A stretch of 64,000 nt of DNA. Origin: Nannocystales bacterium. Its GTDB lineage: Bacteria > Myxococcota_A > Polyangia > Nannocystales > Nannocystaceae. A model generated the notes under the pieces. It was not told where the DNA came from. It ran no database searches and worked only from the letters and a program-made list of their open reading frames with translations. Made by a program: the position numbers and the translations under genes. The stretch spans positions 1 to 64,000 of the forward strand of contig JBOEGF010000032.1 in assembly GCA_050633305.1 (NCBI GenBank), in the 5' to 3' direction. Below are positions 16,614-26,733 of the stretch, piece after piece (the stretch's first letter is position 1; each line of letters opens with the position of its first letter).

Positions 16614-17417
16614 GTGCCGGCGCCGACGGTCATCGCGATCAGCAATCAAAAGGGAGGCGAGGGAAAGACCACCACGGCGGTCAACCTCGCTGCTTCCATT
16701 GCCGCGGCAGAACACCGCGTCCTGCTCATCGACATGGATCCGCAGGGCAACGCGAGTAGCTCCGTGGGCTACCCCAAAGGTGTCGCCGAGCAGGGAACCT
16801 ACGATCTCCTCATGGGGTTGGCGGGACCGACCGAGGTGGTGCAGACGACCGAGCTTCCGATGCTCGACGTCATCCCCAGCTCGATGGATCTCGCGGGCGC
16901 CGAGGTCGAACTCGTGGAAGTGGAGCAGCGCGAGACCGTGCTCCAACGCGCGATGGCGGCGATTCACAAACACCGCGAGTACGAGTACATCCTCCTCGAT
17001 TGCCCGCCCTCCCTGGGGCTGCTGACGATCAACGCCTTGGTCGCTTCGAGCAGCGTCATCATCCCGATGCAGGCGAAGTACTTCTCCCTCGAGGGGCTTG
17101 GAGCGCTGAACAACACCATCGAGGCGGTGCGCGAAGCGTTCAATCCCGACCTCGCGGTCGAAGGCATCGTGTTCTGCATGTTCGACAACCGCACCAACCT
17201 CGCCCGCCAGGTGGTCGAGGAGGTCGGCTCGCACTTCGAAGGGCTCGTGTACGAGACACGCATTCCGGTGAACATTCGCCTCAGCGAGAGCCCGAGCCAC
17301 GGGAAGCCCGCGCTGCTTTACGACATCGAGAGCAAGGGCGCCCAGGCCTACCTTCAGCTGGCCCGCGAAGTGCTCGCGCGCCGCGAAGGACCGACGCAGG
17401 AGGCCCCAGCTCAATGA
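16614..17417 (+). CDS. parA: Chromosome partitioning ATPase ParA/Soj
   Basis: NQKGGEGKTTT, DMDPQGNA, DCPPSLG, ESPSHG. Confidence 0.95.
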   Translation: MPAPTVIAISNQKGGEGKTTTAVNLAASIAAAEHRVLLIDMDPQGNASSSVGYPKGVAEQGTYDLLMGLAGPTEVVQTTELPMLDVIPSSMDLAGAEVELVEVEQRETVLQRAMAAIHKHREYEYILLDCPPSLGLLTINALVASSSVIIPMQAKYFSLEGLGALNNTIEAVREAFNPDLAVEGIVFCMFDNRTNLARQVVEEVGSHFEGLVYETRIPVNIRLSESPSHGKPALLYDIESKGAQAYLQLAREVLARREGPTQEAPAQ

Positions 17418-18370
17418 GCAAGGCCAAGAAGCGCCCCGCATTGGGTCGAGGGCTCGGCGCGTTGCTGCCGGGTCAAGCCAAGCAGCCCAAGGGCGAGGCA
17501 AAAGCCAAGGCCGCCTCGCCCTCCGCGTCCTCCGAGAGCACCGACGCCCCGCGGGTGGGTGTGCAGACCCTGCCGATCGAGCAGCTCGAACCAAACCCCG
17601 AGCAGCCTCGTAAATACTTCGACCCCACCAAGCTCGAAGAGCTCACGACGAGCATCAAAAACCAAGGCTTGCTGCAGCCGATCGTTGTCACGCCGCACAC
17701 CAAACCCGGCGGCGAGCGGACCTATCTCATCATCGCCGGTGAGCGCCGTTGGCGGGCCTCCCAGAAGGCCGGCCTGCACGACATCCCCGTCGTCATCCGG
17801 GCGATCGCCGAGGAAGACCGCCTGGAGCTCGGGCTGGTCGAGAACATTCAGCGGGCCGACCTCAACCCGATCGAAGAAGCGCAGGCATACGCCGAGCTGA
17901 TCAAGCTGCGGGAGTACACCCAAGAAGAACTCGCGACCCGGGTGGGCAAGGACCGCAGCACGGTCGCCAACGCGATCCGCCTGCTGCGACTCCCCACGCG
18001 GGTGCAGGGCATGGTCCAAGTCGGCAAGCTCAGCATGGGCCACGCGCGTGCGCTGCTCGGACTCGAACACGAGGACGCCATGAACTCGATGGCGACCGAC
18101 GTGACCCGGGGAAACCTGTCGGTGCGGGCGACCGAAGCTGCGGTGCGAAAGCACAACAGCGAAAGCAGCGCGCAGGCCCCCTCCGACGAAGAGTCCCGGC
18201 GTAAGATCATTGTTGGCGAGCTCGAGGCGCGCCTTCGCCGACGCCTTGGCGCCCGAGTGGCACTGAAGTCCAAAGGCAAGAAGGGCCAAGGGATGATCGA
18301 GATCCCCTATGCGTCGCTCGACGAGCTTGATCGGCTGCTGAAGATGCTGCTGGCCGACGCCTCGCTCTGA
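17414..18370 (+). CDS. parB: Chromosome partitioning protein ParB/Spo0J
   Basis: LGRGLGALL, NPEQPRK, AGERRWRA, ENIQRADLNPIEEA, HTH; ATGA-coupled to parA. Confidence 0.96.
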   Translation: MSKAKKRPALGRGLGALLPGQAKQPKGEAKAKAASPSASSESTDAPRVGVQTLPIEQLEPNPEQPRKYFDPTKLEELTTSIKNQGLLQPIVVTPHTKPGGERTYLIIAGERRWRASQKAGLHDIPVVIRAIAEEDRLELGLVENIQRADLNPIEEAQAYAELIKLREYTQEELATRVGKDRSTVANAIRLLRLPTRVQGMVQVGKLSMGHARALLGLEHEDAMNSMATDVTRGNLSVRATEAAVRKHNSESSAQAPSDEESRRKIIVGELEARLRRRLGARVALKSKGKKGQGMIEIPYASLDELDRLLKMLLADASL

Positions 18371-18502
18371 ACCTGCGCGACCCCGGGTCAGTGCCCGATA
18401 TCCCCCACTGTGCGAGCGGACCGCCCCCGGTTCCACGGCCACTCAGAAGAGCCGGGAAGCCGTTGTGTCCGCTTTCGCCCAGGGCTGCTAGCATGCTCGG
18501 CG

Positions 18503-19207
18503 ATGGTGGATGATGCCGGTCGCCGTGGAACCGAACGAGCGGCCGTCGTCCTCCAGTTGGAGTACCGGAGCGCGGGCCACTTGCTGGTGAACTACTGCAC
18601 CAACCTTTCACGAGGTGGCGTCTTCGTCCCGTGTCCGGACCCGCTTCCGGTTGGGACAACCCTGCAGCTCGAGCTGCTGGTCCCCGGACACGACACCCCG
18701 ACCCGCCTCGACGCCGATGTTCGGTGGCTGCGTACGCAGGACGAGTCCGATGGCCCGACCGGGATGGGGCTGTCGTTTCGCGACGTCAACAGCGCCCTAG
18801 GGATGCGCATCGATGGGCTGGTCACCGACTTCGAGCCACTGCGGGTGTTCGTGATCGGACGACACGAAAGCCTGCGTACAGCCATCGCCTCGCAGATCCG
18901 CATGCTCGTCCACTGCGAGACCTCGGAGTACGACAGCCCCGTTGGGCTCCTCGACGACGTGGGCCGGGCGGACTTGGTCGTCGTCGATGGCAACCCGGTC
19001 CCGGAGGAGACGCTCTCGTTCCTCAAGGCACTTCAGACGCTCGAGCGCCCCCCACCCCGGGTGGTCTTGTGCAGCTCTCAGGCGCCCGAGCGTCGGGCGA
19101 TGTTCTTGCCGCTCGCACGGCTTCTCGACACCCCCGTCGATCCCCGCGTGCTCAAGGACGTCATCCTCGGCGGACTCTCGCAGGTCTACGCCGAACGCTT
19201 CGGCTAG
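18503..19207 (+). CDS. TIGR02266-type PilZ domain protein with degenerate receiver-like C-terminal domain
   Basis: RGTER (RxxxR), NLSRGG, VRW, GMGLSF; C-terminal ADLVVVD receiver-like fold. Confidence 0.8.
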   Translation: MVDDAGRRGTERAAVVLQLEYRSAGHLLVNYCTNLSRGGVFVPCPDPLPVGTTLQLELLVPGHDTPTRLDADVRWLRTQDESDGPTGMGLSFRDVNSALGMRIDGLVTDFEPLRVFVIGRHESLRTAIASQIRMLVHCETSEYDSPVGLLDDVGRADLVVVDGNPVPEETLSFLKALQTLERPPPRVVLCSSQAPERRAMFLPLARLLDTPVDPRVLKDVILGGLSQVYAERFG

Positions 19208-19214
19208 GCCACGT

Positions 19215-20057
19215 CTACCGGCGGCTCGCCGCCAAGGCGACGTTGTGCATGAGGCACGCGATCGTCATGGGACCCACGCCGCCGGGCACTGGGGTGATCG
19301 CCCCCGCCCGCTCGACCGCGGTGGCGAAGTCCACATCGCCACAGAGCTTCCCATCCTCTCCGCGGTTGATGCCCACGTCGATGACCGTTGCGCCGGGCTT
19401 GATCCAAGCGCCCTGAATCATGCGCGGGCGGCCGACGGCAGCCACGACGACATCGGCCTCCGCCACGACCGCTGGAAGATCGCGTGTTCGAGAGTGGGCC
19501 ATCGTCACCGTCGCATTGGCGGCCAACAACAGCTGCGCCATCGGCTTGCCAACGATCGTCGATCGCCCGACCACGAGGGCTTTCGCTCCACTGAGTTCGG
19601 TCCCGGTGGCCTCGAGCATCTTCATGCAGCCCAACGGCGTGCATGCGACAAAACGAGGCTCGCCGATCATCAACCGACCCAGGTTCTCCGGATGGAAGCC
19701 GTCGACATCTTTAGCCGGATCGATCGACAGAAGCACCGCGTCGGCATCGATCTGCGGCGGCAACGGAAGCTGGACCAAGATGCCGTCGACGCTGGGGTCA
19801 TCGTTGAGTTGGCCAACCAGCTCGAGCAGCCCCTGCGTGGTCGTATCGGCCCCCAGGCGGTGGTCCGCCGTTTCGATGCCCGCCTCGGCCGCCCGCTTGC
19901 CCTTGTTGCGGACGTAGACCGCCGATGCGGGATCGTCCCCCACGAGGACGACGGCCAACTTGGGCTGAACGCCTCGGGCCTTGTGCTGCTCGACGGTCGT
20001 CGCGACCTCCGCCAGCAAGGACTTGGAGATTGCACGGCCGTCGATCAGCTGAGCCAT
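19215..20057 (-). CDS. folD: Bifunctional methylenetetrahydrofolate dehydrogenase/cyclohydrolase
   Basis: [33 protein letters not shown]. Confidence 0.97.
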   Translation of the reverse strand: MAQLIDGRAISKSLLAEVATTVEQHKARGVQPKLAVVLVGDDPASAVYVRNKGKRAAEAGIETADHRLGADTTTQGLLELVGQLNDDPSVDGILVQLPLPPQIDADAVLLSIDPAKDVDGFHPENLGRLMIGEPRFVACTPLGCMKMLEATGTELSGAKALVVGRSTIVGKPMAQLLLAANATVTMAHSRTRDLPAVVAEADVVVAAVGRPRMIQGAWIKPGATVIDVGINRGEDGKLCGDVDFATAVERAGAITPVPGGVGPMTIACLMHNVALAASRR

Positions 20058-20314
20058 CACTCCCCCGATGCCTTGCCCGAAGAACCGCCGCTGTCGGAGC
20101 CGCCGCCGCTGTCGGAGCCGCCACCGCTTCCACCGCTGCTGGCGTACCCGTCCGCGTACCAACCGCCGCCCTTGAGCGCGAAGGCCGTACCTGTGATGAT
20201 TCGCTTGGTTGGCCCTGCACAGGACTCACACTTGGAGATCGGGTCGTCGGAAAAGCGCTCGATGTGCTCTTCTTCGTGGCCACACTTTTCGCAGCGATAT
20301 GCGTACAACGGCAT
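20057..20314 (-). CDS. FmdB-family zinc-ribbon protein
   Basis: [13 protein letters not shown]...CESC...[13 protein letters not shown] plus Gly/Ser tail. Confidence 0.9.
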   Translation of the reverse strand: MPLYAYRCEKCGHEEEHIERFSDDPISKCESCAGPTKRIITGTAFALKGGGWYADGYASSGGSGGGSDSGGGSDSGGSSGKASGE

Positions 20315-20493
20315 CGTTTTGAGGTCCCGGTTCGGGAGGGTGCGAACGTAGGTCCTCACCAGACTACGTCAACCTGTTTCTGGTCGCGGCCGCGCCAAGT
20401 CCGCAGGGACACGCGAGGTCGCTGCGGAGCCCTGCGTGCGAGCGGCCCTGCCTGAAACGACCGCGACCGGCAGCACCTGCTAGGCTGATGTTG

Positions 20494-23400
20494 ATGAGTC
20501 TCACGCGTCGCGTCGTCGCGCCCGTTCTCGCCCTTGCGCTGGGCGGAACCGCTGCGAGTCCGGCACAGGCCGGCGACGACTGGTCCCTCGAGCGTTCCTC
20601 GAGCGATCCCGCTCTCGTCTCGGCGCGACTCGCCAAGCTGCGACGCAACCCCTTCGACAGCCGGCACTGGGGCGCCCTGCGCAAGTCGATCGGACTCCAG
20701 GGCCTGGCGAAGAAGATCGCCGCAGGCCGAGCCCGATCCCCCTCGGACCAGGGTTGGAGGATCCTCGAAGCCCGCATGGACCTCGCGCAAGGTCGCGCAG
20801 GCGAGGCCGCCGACAAGCTGGCCGCGCTCCAGCTGGCAACCTCGGGCAAGCGGGCTGCGCAGGTCTTCGAGATGCGCGTGCAAGCGCTGGCCTCGGCCGC
20901 CGATTGGGGGACCGTGGTGGGACTGCTCGAGCGCCGAGCCGAGTCCAGCACCGACAAGAAGACCCAAACCCGGCTGTTGGTCCGCGCCCACGGATTCGCG
21001 GAGCGGGGCCGTCGTTCCGAGGACAGCCTGCGCGTCGCCAAGAAACTCGTGGAGCTGGCGCCCGGGGACAAGACCGCGCGGGTCCGGCTGGCCCGGGCTG
21101 CCAGTGACGCCGATCAGCCCGCCGTCGCCGATGCGGCCTACGCCGAGGCCGCCGCCCGCTCCAAGGGTCGAAAACGGCTCGAGCTCCAAGCTGAGCGCGC
21201 CCGCGCCCGGCTCGCCGCCGACCAGGCCGCGGGGGCGGCGGACCTGCTGTGGTCCATGCTCGAGGACCCCTCGCAAGGCTCCCGAGTCGCACGCGAGACG
21301 TGGTGGTCGACCCTGTACAACGCGCACCGGAGGGCGCGGACGACCGATGCGTTGCTGCGAAAGCTCGGCACCTGGCTCGGCTCGAATCCGGATGAGCCCG
21401 CAGCGTGGAGAACGCTGGCCACCGCCCAGCAAGGCGCCGGCATCGATCCCATCGACAGCTGGTCCAAGGCCCGCGCGCTCGCCCCCCGAGACGCGGAGAC
21501 TCAGACCGCGCTCATCGAGGCACTCGAGGCCAAGGGCCGGCACGACGACGCTGTCGCCCAGACTCGGGCCATGATGGAGGGTCCCGGGTTCGACCCGACC
21601 ACCGCGATCGAGCTTGCGAGCAGCCTCGCCGCCGCGGGCGAGCGAGAGCTGGCGTTCGCCCTCGCCGCCGACGTGCGAGAGCACTACCCCCGCAACGCAA
21701 AGGCCATGAGCGGCCTGCTCGACTTCTACAACCTCAACGACGACGCCCCCACCGCGCTGGAGATCGCCCAAGCGCTGGTCAAGATGTCCCCGCGCAAGGC
21801 CGACGCTCGCATCGCCCTGGGCGAGCAGCTGTTTCAAATGCGCCAGCGCGAGGAAGCCCTGGCCCAGTGGAGCCTGCTGCCCAAGTTGACCCGGCCCACA
21901 CACAAGGGATGGGCACGCTTCGCCCAAGTGCTCACCGAGCACGAGCTCCACGCCGAGGCCATCACGGCGATTAGCAAAGCCATCGCAGCCGACCCCAAGG
22001 CGCCGGAGTACGCGAGGCTCCGCGCCGTGCTCGCGGAGGAACAGCGACGGCCTCGCCCCGCCCTCGCGCACTGGCAGCGGACTCGCGATCTTGCATCCTC
22101 CCCGCGGCACAAGCTGCTCCGCGATGAAGCCCGCACCCGGATCGTCGAGCTCCTCGTCCGTGACAACGTCCTGCGGACCAGCGCCCTTCCCGGCTGGCAA
22201 ACCCAAGCCCAGGCACAACTCGACAAAGGCACCCCGACGCTGGACGCCCTCGAATCGGGTCGTTTCCTCGCCGAGCTCCACACCAGGCGCGAGCACTACT
22301 CCAGCGCCGTCGCGGTCCAGCAACGCATGCTCTCGCTCATCCCGAACGACCCCGGCCGTCTCGAGGAGCTGGCCGCCGCGCAGCGACGGGCCGGCCAGAT
22401 CGAGTCCGCCATGGGCACGCTCGAGGAGCTGTTGGCCCTCGACCCATCCCGAAGTCCAGACGTACTGGCCGAGATGTCCGAGCTCGCGTTCGAAGCGGGT
22501 GACAGCGACCGAGCGCTCAAGAACGCCACCACGGCTGCACAGAAGGACCGCAGCCACGTCGACGCGATCGTTCGGCTCGGTGAGATGCACGAGAGCAAAG
22601 GCGACATGGACGCCGCGGCGGACGCATACCGCCGCGCCCTCGAAACGAAACCCACCGCGCTACGACCCAAGCTCCGACTCGCCGAGCTCGAGCTCACTCG
22701 CGGAAATGTCGCGCGTTCTCGGTCGCTGCTCGCCGAGGTTCTGGACGCGAGCGGGCCACCCGAGCTGATGGAAGATGCGGGCCGCCGCGCGCTGGATCTC
22801 GCAGAAGCCGACGGCGAACTCGACGAAGCGCTGTCCCTTGCGGTCCGGCGCTGCGCCCAGCATCCCGAGAGCGGTGAGCCCCGGCGATTCCTCCTCGACG
22901 CCCTCGACCGACTCCCGCCCACGGACGTGCACACATGGATCAGTGCAGGCAGCACGGGCGACAAGACCACCGCCGAGCAGCGACGCCAGTCCCTGCGTGC
23001 GCCCCTGCTCTCCTCGCTGCGACGCGGTGCGATCACCACCCGGCTCCGCGCTGCCGAACAACTCGGTCGCTTGAAACTCCCTGGAAGCGCTGCGGCCCTG
23101 GCCGCACTCGGCAAGAACTTGGCCGCGCCCCGTGATGCCACGGCGACCGTACAAAACGCGTACGAGCAGGCTCGGATCACCGCGCTGCGCTCCGCCGGCG
23201 CTCTGCAAGACCCGGAGGCGACCAAGATCCTGCAGGAGGTGCTCGTCAGCAAACGCCACAGCTGGAACGCCCGACGCACCGCTGCGTGGGCCCTCGCGCA
23301 AAGCGACGACGCTCAAGCACTCGAAGACTTGAGCCCTCACCTCCGGCTCGGCGAAGACACGCAGATCGTCGCCCTGGCATGCCTGGCCATCGCTCGTCAT

Positions 23401-24009
23401 CCCGAGCCGACCCGCATCCAGCCAGACACCAAGATCCGAGTCCGGCAGCTCGCAACCGAAAGCCGCACCACCGTCGTTCGTCACGCGTGCACCTTCGCGC
23501 ACGCCAGCTTGCAGCCTGCCAACGCGTTGGACGAACTCCGCCAAGACATCGACCACACTGACCCCTTGGTGGCCGCGATCGCGGCGTGGCGCATCGGCAA
23601 CATCGGGGCACCGTCCCGCGCAAACGTGGCGCCACTGCTCACGCGGGCACTCGGGCCCGGAGGCTTGGCCCGCGATGCGGCATCCGCCGCGCTCGTTGTG
23701 GTGCTCGAACCCAGCCAACGAAGGGCCCAGACCCACGCTCGGTTTGTCCCGCCGCCGCGCGGCACGGGATGGGACGCTTCTTTCGGACGCTGGCTGCAGC
23801 AGTCCGTGGTCCCCACGCTCGAACCTGTAGATCCGTCGCTGCTCAACGCCTCGGGCGAGGCGATCACCGACGCCCTTGGTGCTGCACGGACGGGCACCCG
23901 AGCCCAACGCGCAGCGCTGGAAAAAGCGCGGTCTCGGTGCGCAGAGCCCTCCGCCCAGACGATCTGCATCCCGGCCGTCGCGTCCGGCCCTATCAGAATC
24001 CCAAATTGA
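20494..24009 (+). CDS. Large exported TPR + HEAT-repeat protein
   Basis: Signal peptide ending AQA; many TPR-like helical pairs (xPxD/N turns); C-terminal HEAT-like repeats (RLRAAEQLG, RRTAAWAL, AAWRIG). Confidence 0.75.
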   Translation: MSLTRRVVAPVLALALGGTAASPAQAGDDWSLERSSSDPALVSARLAKLRRNPFDSRHWGALRKSIGLQGLAKKIAAGRARSPSDQGWRILEARMDLAQGRAGEAADKLAALQLATSGKRAAQVFEMRVQALASAADWGTVVGLLERRAESSTDKKTQTRLLVRAHGFAERGRRSEDSLRVAKKLVELAPGDKTARVRLARAASDADQPAVADAAYAEAAARSKGRKRLELQAERARARLAADQAAGAADLLWSMLEDPSQGSRVARETWWSTLYNAHRRARTTDALLRKLGTWLGSNPDEPAAWRTLATAQQGAGIDPIDSWSKARALAPRDAETQTALIEALEAKGRHDDAVAQTRAMMEGPGFDPTTAIELASSLAAAGERELAFALAADVREHYPRNAKAMSGLLDFYNLNDDAPTALEIAQALVKMSPRKADARIALGEQLFQMRQREEALAQWSLLPKLTRPTHKGWARFAQVLTEHELHAEAITAISKAIAADPKAPEYARLRAVLAEEQRRPRPALAHWQRTRDLASSPRHKLLRDEARTRIVELLVRDNVLRTSALPGWQTQAQAQLDKGTPTLDALESGRFLAELHTRREHYSSAVAVQQRMLSLIPNDPGRLEELAAAQRRAGQIESAMGTLEELLALDPSRSPDVLAEMSELAFEAGDSDRALKNATTAAQKDRSHVDAIVRLGEMHESKGDMDAAADAYRRALETKPTALRPKLRLAELELTRGNVARSRSLLAEVLDASGPPELMEDAGRRALDLAEADGELDEALSLAVRRCAQHPESGEPRRFLLDALDRLPPTDVHTWISAGSTGDKTTAEQRRQSLRAPLLSSLRRGAITTRLRAAEQLGRLKLPGSAAALAALGKNLAAPRDATATVQNAYEQARITALRSAGALQDPEATKILQEVLVSKRHSWNARRTAAWALAQSDDAQALEDLSPHLRLGEDTQIVALACLAIARHPEPTRIQPDTKIRVRQLATESRTTVVRHACTFAHASLQPANALDELRQDIDHTDPLVAAIAAWRIGNIGAPSRANVAPLLTRALGPGGLARDAASAALVVVLEPSQRRAQTHARFVPPPRGTGWDASFGRWLQQSVVPTLEPVDPSLLNASGEAITDALGAARTGTRAQRAALEKARSRCAEPSAQTICIPAVASGPIRIPN

Positions 24010-24043
24010 CAACCAGAGCCGCCCAGCGCAGGATGCGAGAGCC

Positions 24044-25015
24044 ATGGACCCGGGCCTCGTTTGCCACGTTTGTGGCGCGCAAAATGCTTTGTCCGCAGCG
24101 GCGTGTAACCACTGCGGAGCGGCTTTGTCCCAGCATCCTGAGGGTGCGGCGGGGCCCCCAGCGAGCGCGCCTTCGTCCGTGCCCCCAGTGAGCGCGCCTT
24201 CGTCCGTGCCTACGGGGCGCGACGTCGATGCCACGATGATGGCACCCGACGGGGGTGCACCCGCACCGCTCCGCTTCGACCCCGCGACGGGACAACCGAT
24301 CGCGGCGCCTCCGGGAGGCGAGGACGCTCCGCCTGCGCGCACGCTCTTCTTCGGAGCCCTGCAACAGCAACCGGTCGTCCCGCGACTGGTCGTGATCAAA
24401 GGCGAAGGTGGCGACGGTGCCACGTACCATCTGCAGCAGACCGCCACGTCGATCGGCCGCAGCGAAGGCGACATCACCTTCGTCGAGGATCCGTTCCTCT
24501 CGCCCGAGCACGCGCGCTTCTCCTCCCAGGACGGCCGCCTATTTGTGCAAGACGCCGGCAGTGCCAACGGCGTGTTCCTGCGCATCAAGAAGCCCACGCC
24601 GGTCGGAGATGCCACCCACATGCTCGTTGGAGAGCAGCTACTGCGACTGTGCAAGCAGCCGTTCACCGACGGGAGCCCCAACGAAAACGGCACCTACTAC
24701 TACGGAAGCCCGCGCCCAGACTCGCGCTTTCAAGTCGTTCAGTGCCTGGCCGGAGGCGGCGAGGGTCGCGTCTGCAGTGCCGAGATCGGCACGATGAGCC
24801 TGGGTCGTGAGGGCAACACGATGAACTTCCCCGACGACCGCTTCATCTCCGGGCACCACGCCCGGCTGGAGTCGGCCTCCGATTCGGACGAAGTCATTCT
24901 CACCGATACCGGGTCCCGCAACGGCACCTTCATCCGGCTCGCTGGCGCCCAAGAGCTGTTCCACGGGGACTACCTGTTCCTCGGCCAGCAGCTACTCCGC
25001 GTCGAGATCGCCTAG
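24044..25015 (+). CDS. Zinc-ribbon + tandem FHA domain protein
   Basis: CHVC..CNHCG; two FHA domains each with GR, SxxH and NG motifs. Confidence 0.88.
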   Translation: MDPGLVCHVCGAQNALSAAACNHCGAALSQHPEGAAGPPASAPSSVPPVSAPSSVPTGRDVDATMMAPDGGAPAPLRFDPATGQPIAAPPGGEDAPPARTLFFGALQQQPVVPRLVVIKGEGGDGATYHLQQTATSIGRSEGDITFVEDPFLSPEHARFSSQDGRLFVQDAGSANGVFLRIKKPTPVGDATHMLVGEQLLRLCKQPFTDGSPNENGTYYYGSPRPDSRFQVVQCLAGGGEGRVCSAEIGTMSLGREGNTMNFPDDRFISGHHARLESASDSDEVILTDTGSRNGTFIRLAGAQELFHGDYLFLGQQLLRVEIA

Positions 25016-25037
25016 TCGTCAGGCAAGAGGTTCGCCC

Positions 25038-26570
25038 GTGATCGTTTGTCCGAACTGCGCCAAAGAAAACCAGGACCACTACAAGTTCTGCCTGTCGTGC
25101 GGCGCCAAGCTGCCGGCAGCCACACCGGCGGCACCGCCTCCGGCCCCCCCCGCGATTGCCACGCCTGCTGAGGCGGCCCCTCCGTCCCAGCCCGCACCGC
25201 CTCCGGTCGTGACGCCCCCGGGACCTGCCCCGATGGCCCCGCCGCCTCAACCGGGACCCCCCGCGCCGCTGGGAGGACCTCCTGAGGGGCCCATGCCCGC
25301 GCACGCCCCCTCGGGTGGGACCGCAAGCCCGGGACCCGATCTCGCGCCGCCGGCCGCCGTCTCCGCCGCACCGCCCACGCCAGCACCCCCGGCCCCGGCA
25401 GCACCGCCCGCGCCTGCGCCTGCGCCTGCGCCCGTGGCCCCCGCTGCTCCCGCCGCGCACCCGCCCTCCTCGTCGACGGCCCCCGGTGGCGGTCCCTGCC
25501 CGAGCTGCGGCTTCCAGAACCCCCCCGGCTTCAAGTTTTGTGGCCGCTGCGGAGCAGTCCTCGAAGAGGACGAACCCGCTGCGGACGTCGGCAACGCCAA
25601 CACGATCTTCGTCGCGGATGCGTCCGAGGTCCAAGCCGCTGCTGCTGCCCACCAGGCGCAGCTCCAGGCGGGACCAGCGGTGAGCCCAGCCCCCGCGCCC
25701 GAGCCAGCTCCTTTGTCGGCTTCGACACCGTCCGAGGCCCCCGTCGAGCCACCCACGACCCCGCTCGCCGACTCCCCGCCTCCCCCCGATCTCGACGAGG
25801 GGCCCGACGATCCTGACGAGCTAGACGCTCGTGGCCCCGATGCCGTCACGGCGCCGCAGCAAGCCATCCCGCCCGAGCCGTCTGCCGAGGACCCTGAGGG
25901 CGCACCTGGCCCCGCGGAGGCGGCCGAACCCCTCGGTCCCCCGGCCAAGCTCGTCATGCTCGGTCCCGATGGACAACCCGTCGGAGAGCGAGCGCTGACC
26001 CCCGGCGAGCGGCTCGAGGTCGGTCGGGAAGTCGGTCCACCATGGGATGACGACGCCTACCTCGACCCAGCGCACGCGAGCATCGGAGTGACAGACGCAG
26101 GTCTGCAGGTCCACGACAACAACTCGCTCAACGGCGTGTTCGTCAAGCTCACCTCGCGGGTCGAGGTGCAGGACGGCGACTTGTTCCGGGTCGGCCAGGA
26201 ACTCCTGCGGTACGAGGACCTGCCCGAGCCCACGCCGACCAACGACGGCACCGAGCGAATGGGCAGCCCCAACCCAGGGTACTGGGGACGGTTGTCGATT
26301 CTGGTCGATCCCAACGCCGCGTCTGCCGCGTTCCCTATCGAGGGAGAAGGCATCATGATCGGGCGGGAGCACGGCGACATCACCTTCCCGCAGGACGGCT
26401 ATGTCTCTGGGAAGCATTGCCGCGTCGTCGGTGACGACACCGGGGTCTACATGGAGGACCTCGGCAGCAGCAACGGCACGTACATGCGGGTACGTTCCGG
26501 CGTGACCCTTCCGTTCGGAAGCCTCGTGCTCATCGGGCAGAAGCTGTTCCAGGTCGAACGCCTCGACTAG
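25038..26570 (+). CDS. Double zinc-ribbon, Pro-rich, tandem FHA domain protein
   Basis: CPNC..FCLSCG and CPSCG..FCGRCG; FHA1 degenerate (LDPAH), FHA2 intact (VSGKH, SSNG). Confidence 0.88.
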   Translation: MIVCPNCAKENQDHYKFCLSCGAKLPAATPAAPPPAPPAIATPAEAAPPSQPAPPPVVTPPGPAPMAPPPQPGPPAPLGGPPEGPMPAHAPSGGTASPGPDLAPPAAVSAAPPTPAPPAPAAPPAPAPAPAPVAPAAPAAHPPSSSTAPGGGPCPSCGFQNPPGFKFCGRCGAVLEEDEPAADVGNANTIFVADASEVQAAAAAHQAQLQAGPAVSPAPAPEPAPLSASTPSEAPVEPPTTPLADSPPPPDLDEGPDDPDELDARGPDAVTAPQQAIPPEPSAEDPEGAPGPAEAAEPLGPPAKLVMLGPDGQPVGERALTPGERLEVGREVGPPWDDDAYLDPAHASIGVTDAGLQVHDNNSLNGVFVKLTSRVEVQDGDLFRVGQELLRYEDLPEPTPTNDGTERMGSPNPGYWGRLSILVDPNAASAAFPIEGEGIMIGREHGDITFPQDGYVSGKHCRVVGDDTGVYMEDLGSSNGTYMRVRSGVTLPFGSLVLIGQKLFQVERLD

Positions 26571-26595
26571 AGCACGACGCTCGGCACCCCGCGAG

Positions 26596-26630
26596 AGACG
26601 GAGCCCATCGGGCCCCGTCTTTTTCGTTTT
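26596..26630 (+). terminator. Probable intrinsic terminator
   Basis: AGACGGAGCCC-ATC-GGGCCCCGTCT followed by TTTTCGTTTT. Confidence 0.6.
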
Positions 26631-26733
26631 GGGTTCACAAAACGGCGCCCCAGCGAGGGCCCAACGAGACTCGGAGGCGCCGTTGCGGGCCCGTCGGGGA
26701 GCGCAGCCAGCGAAGCTGGTACCCTAGAGGCCT

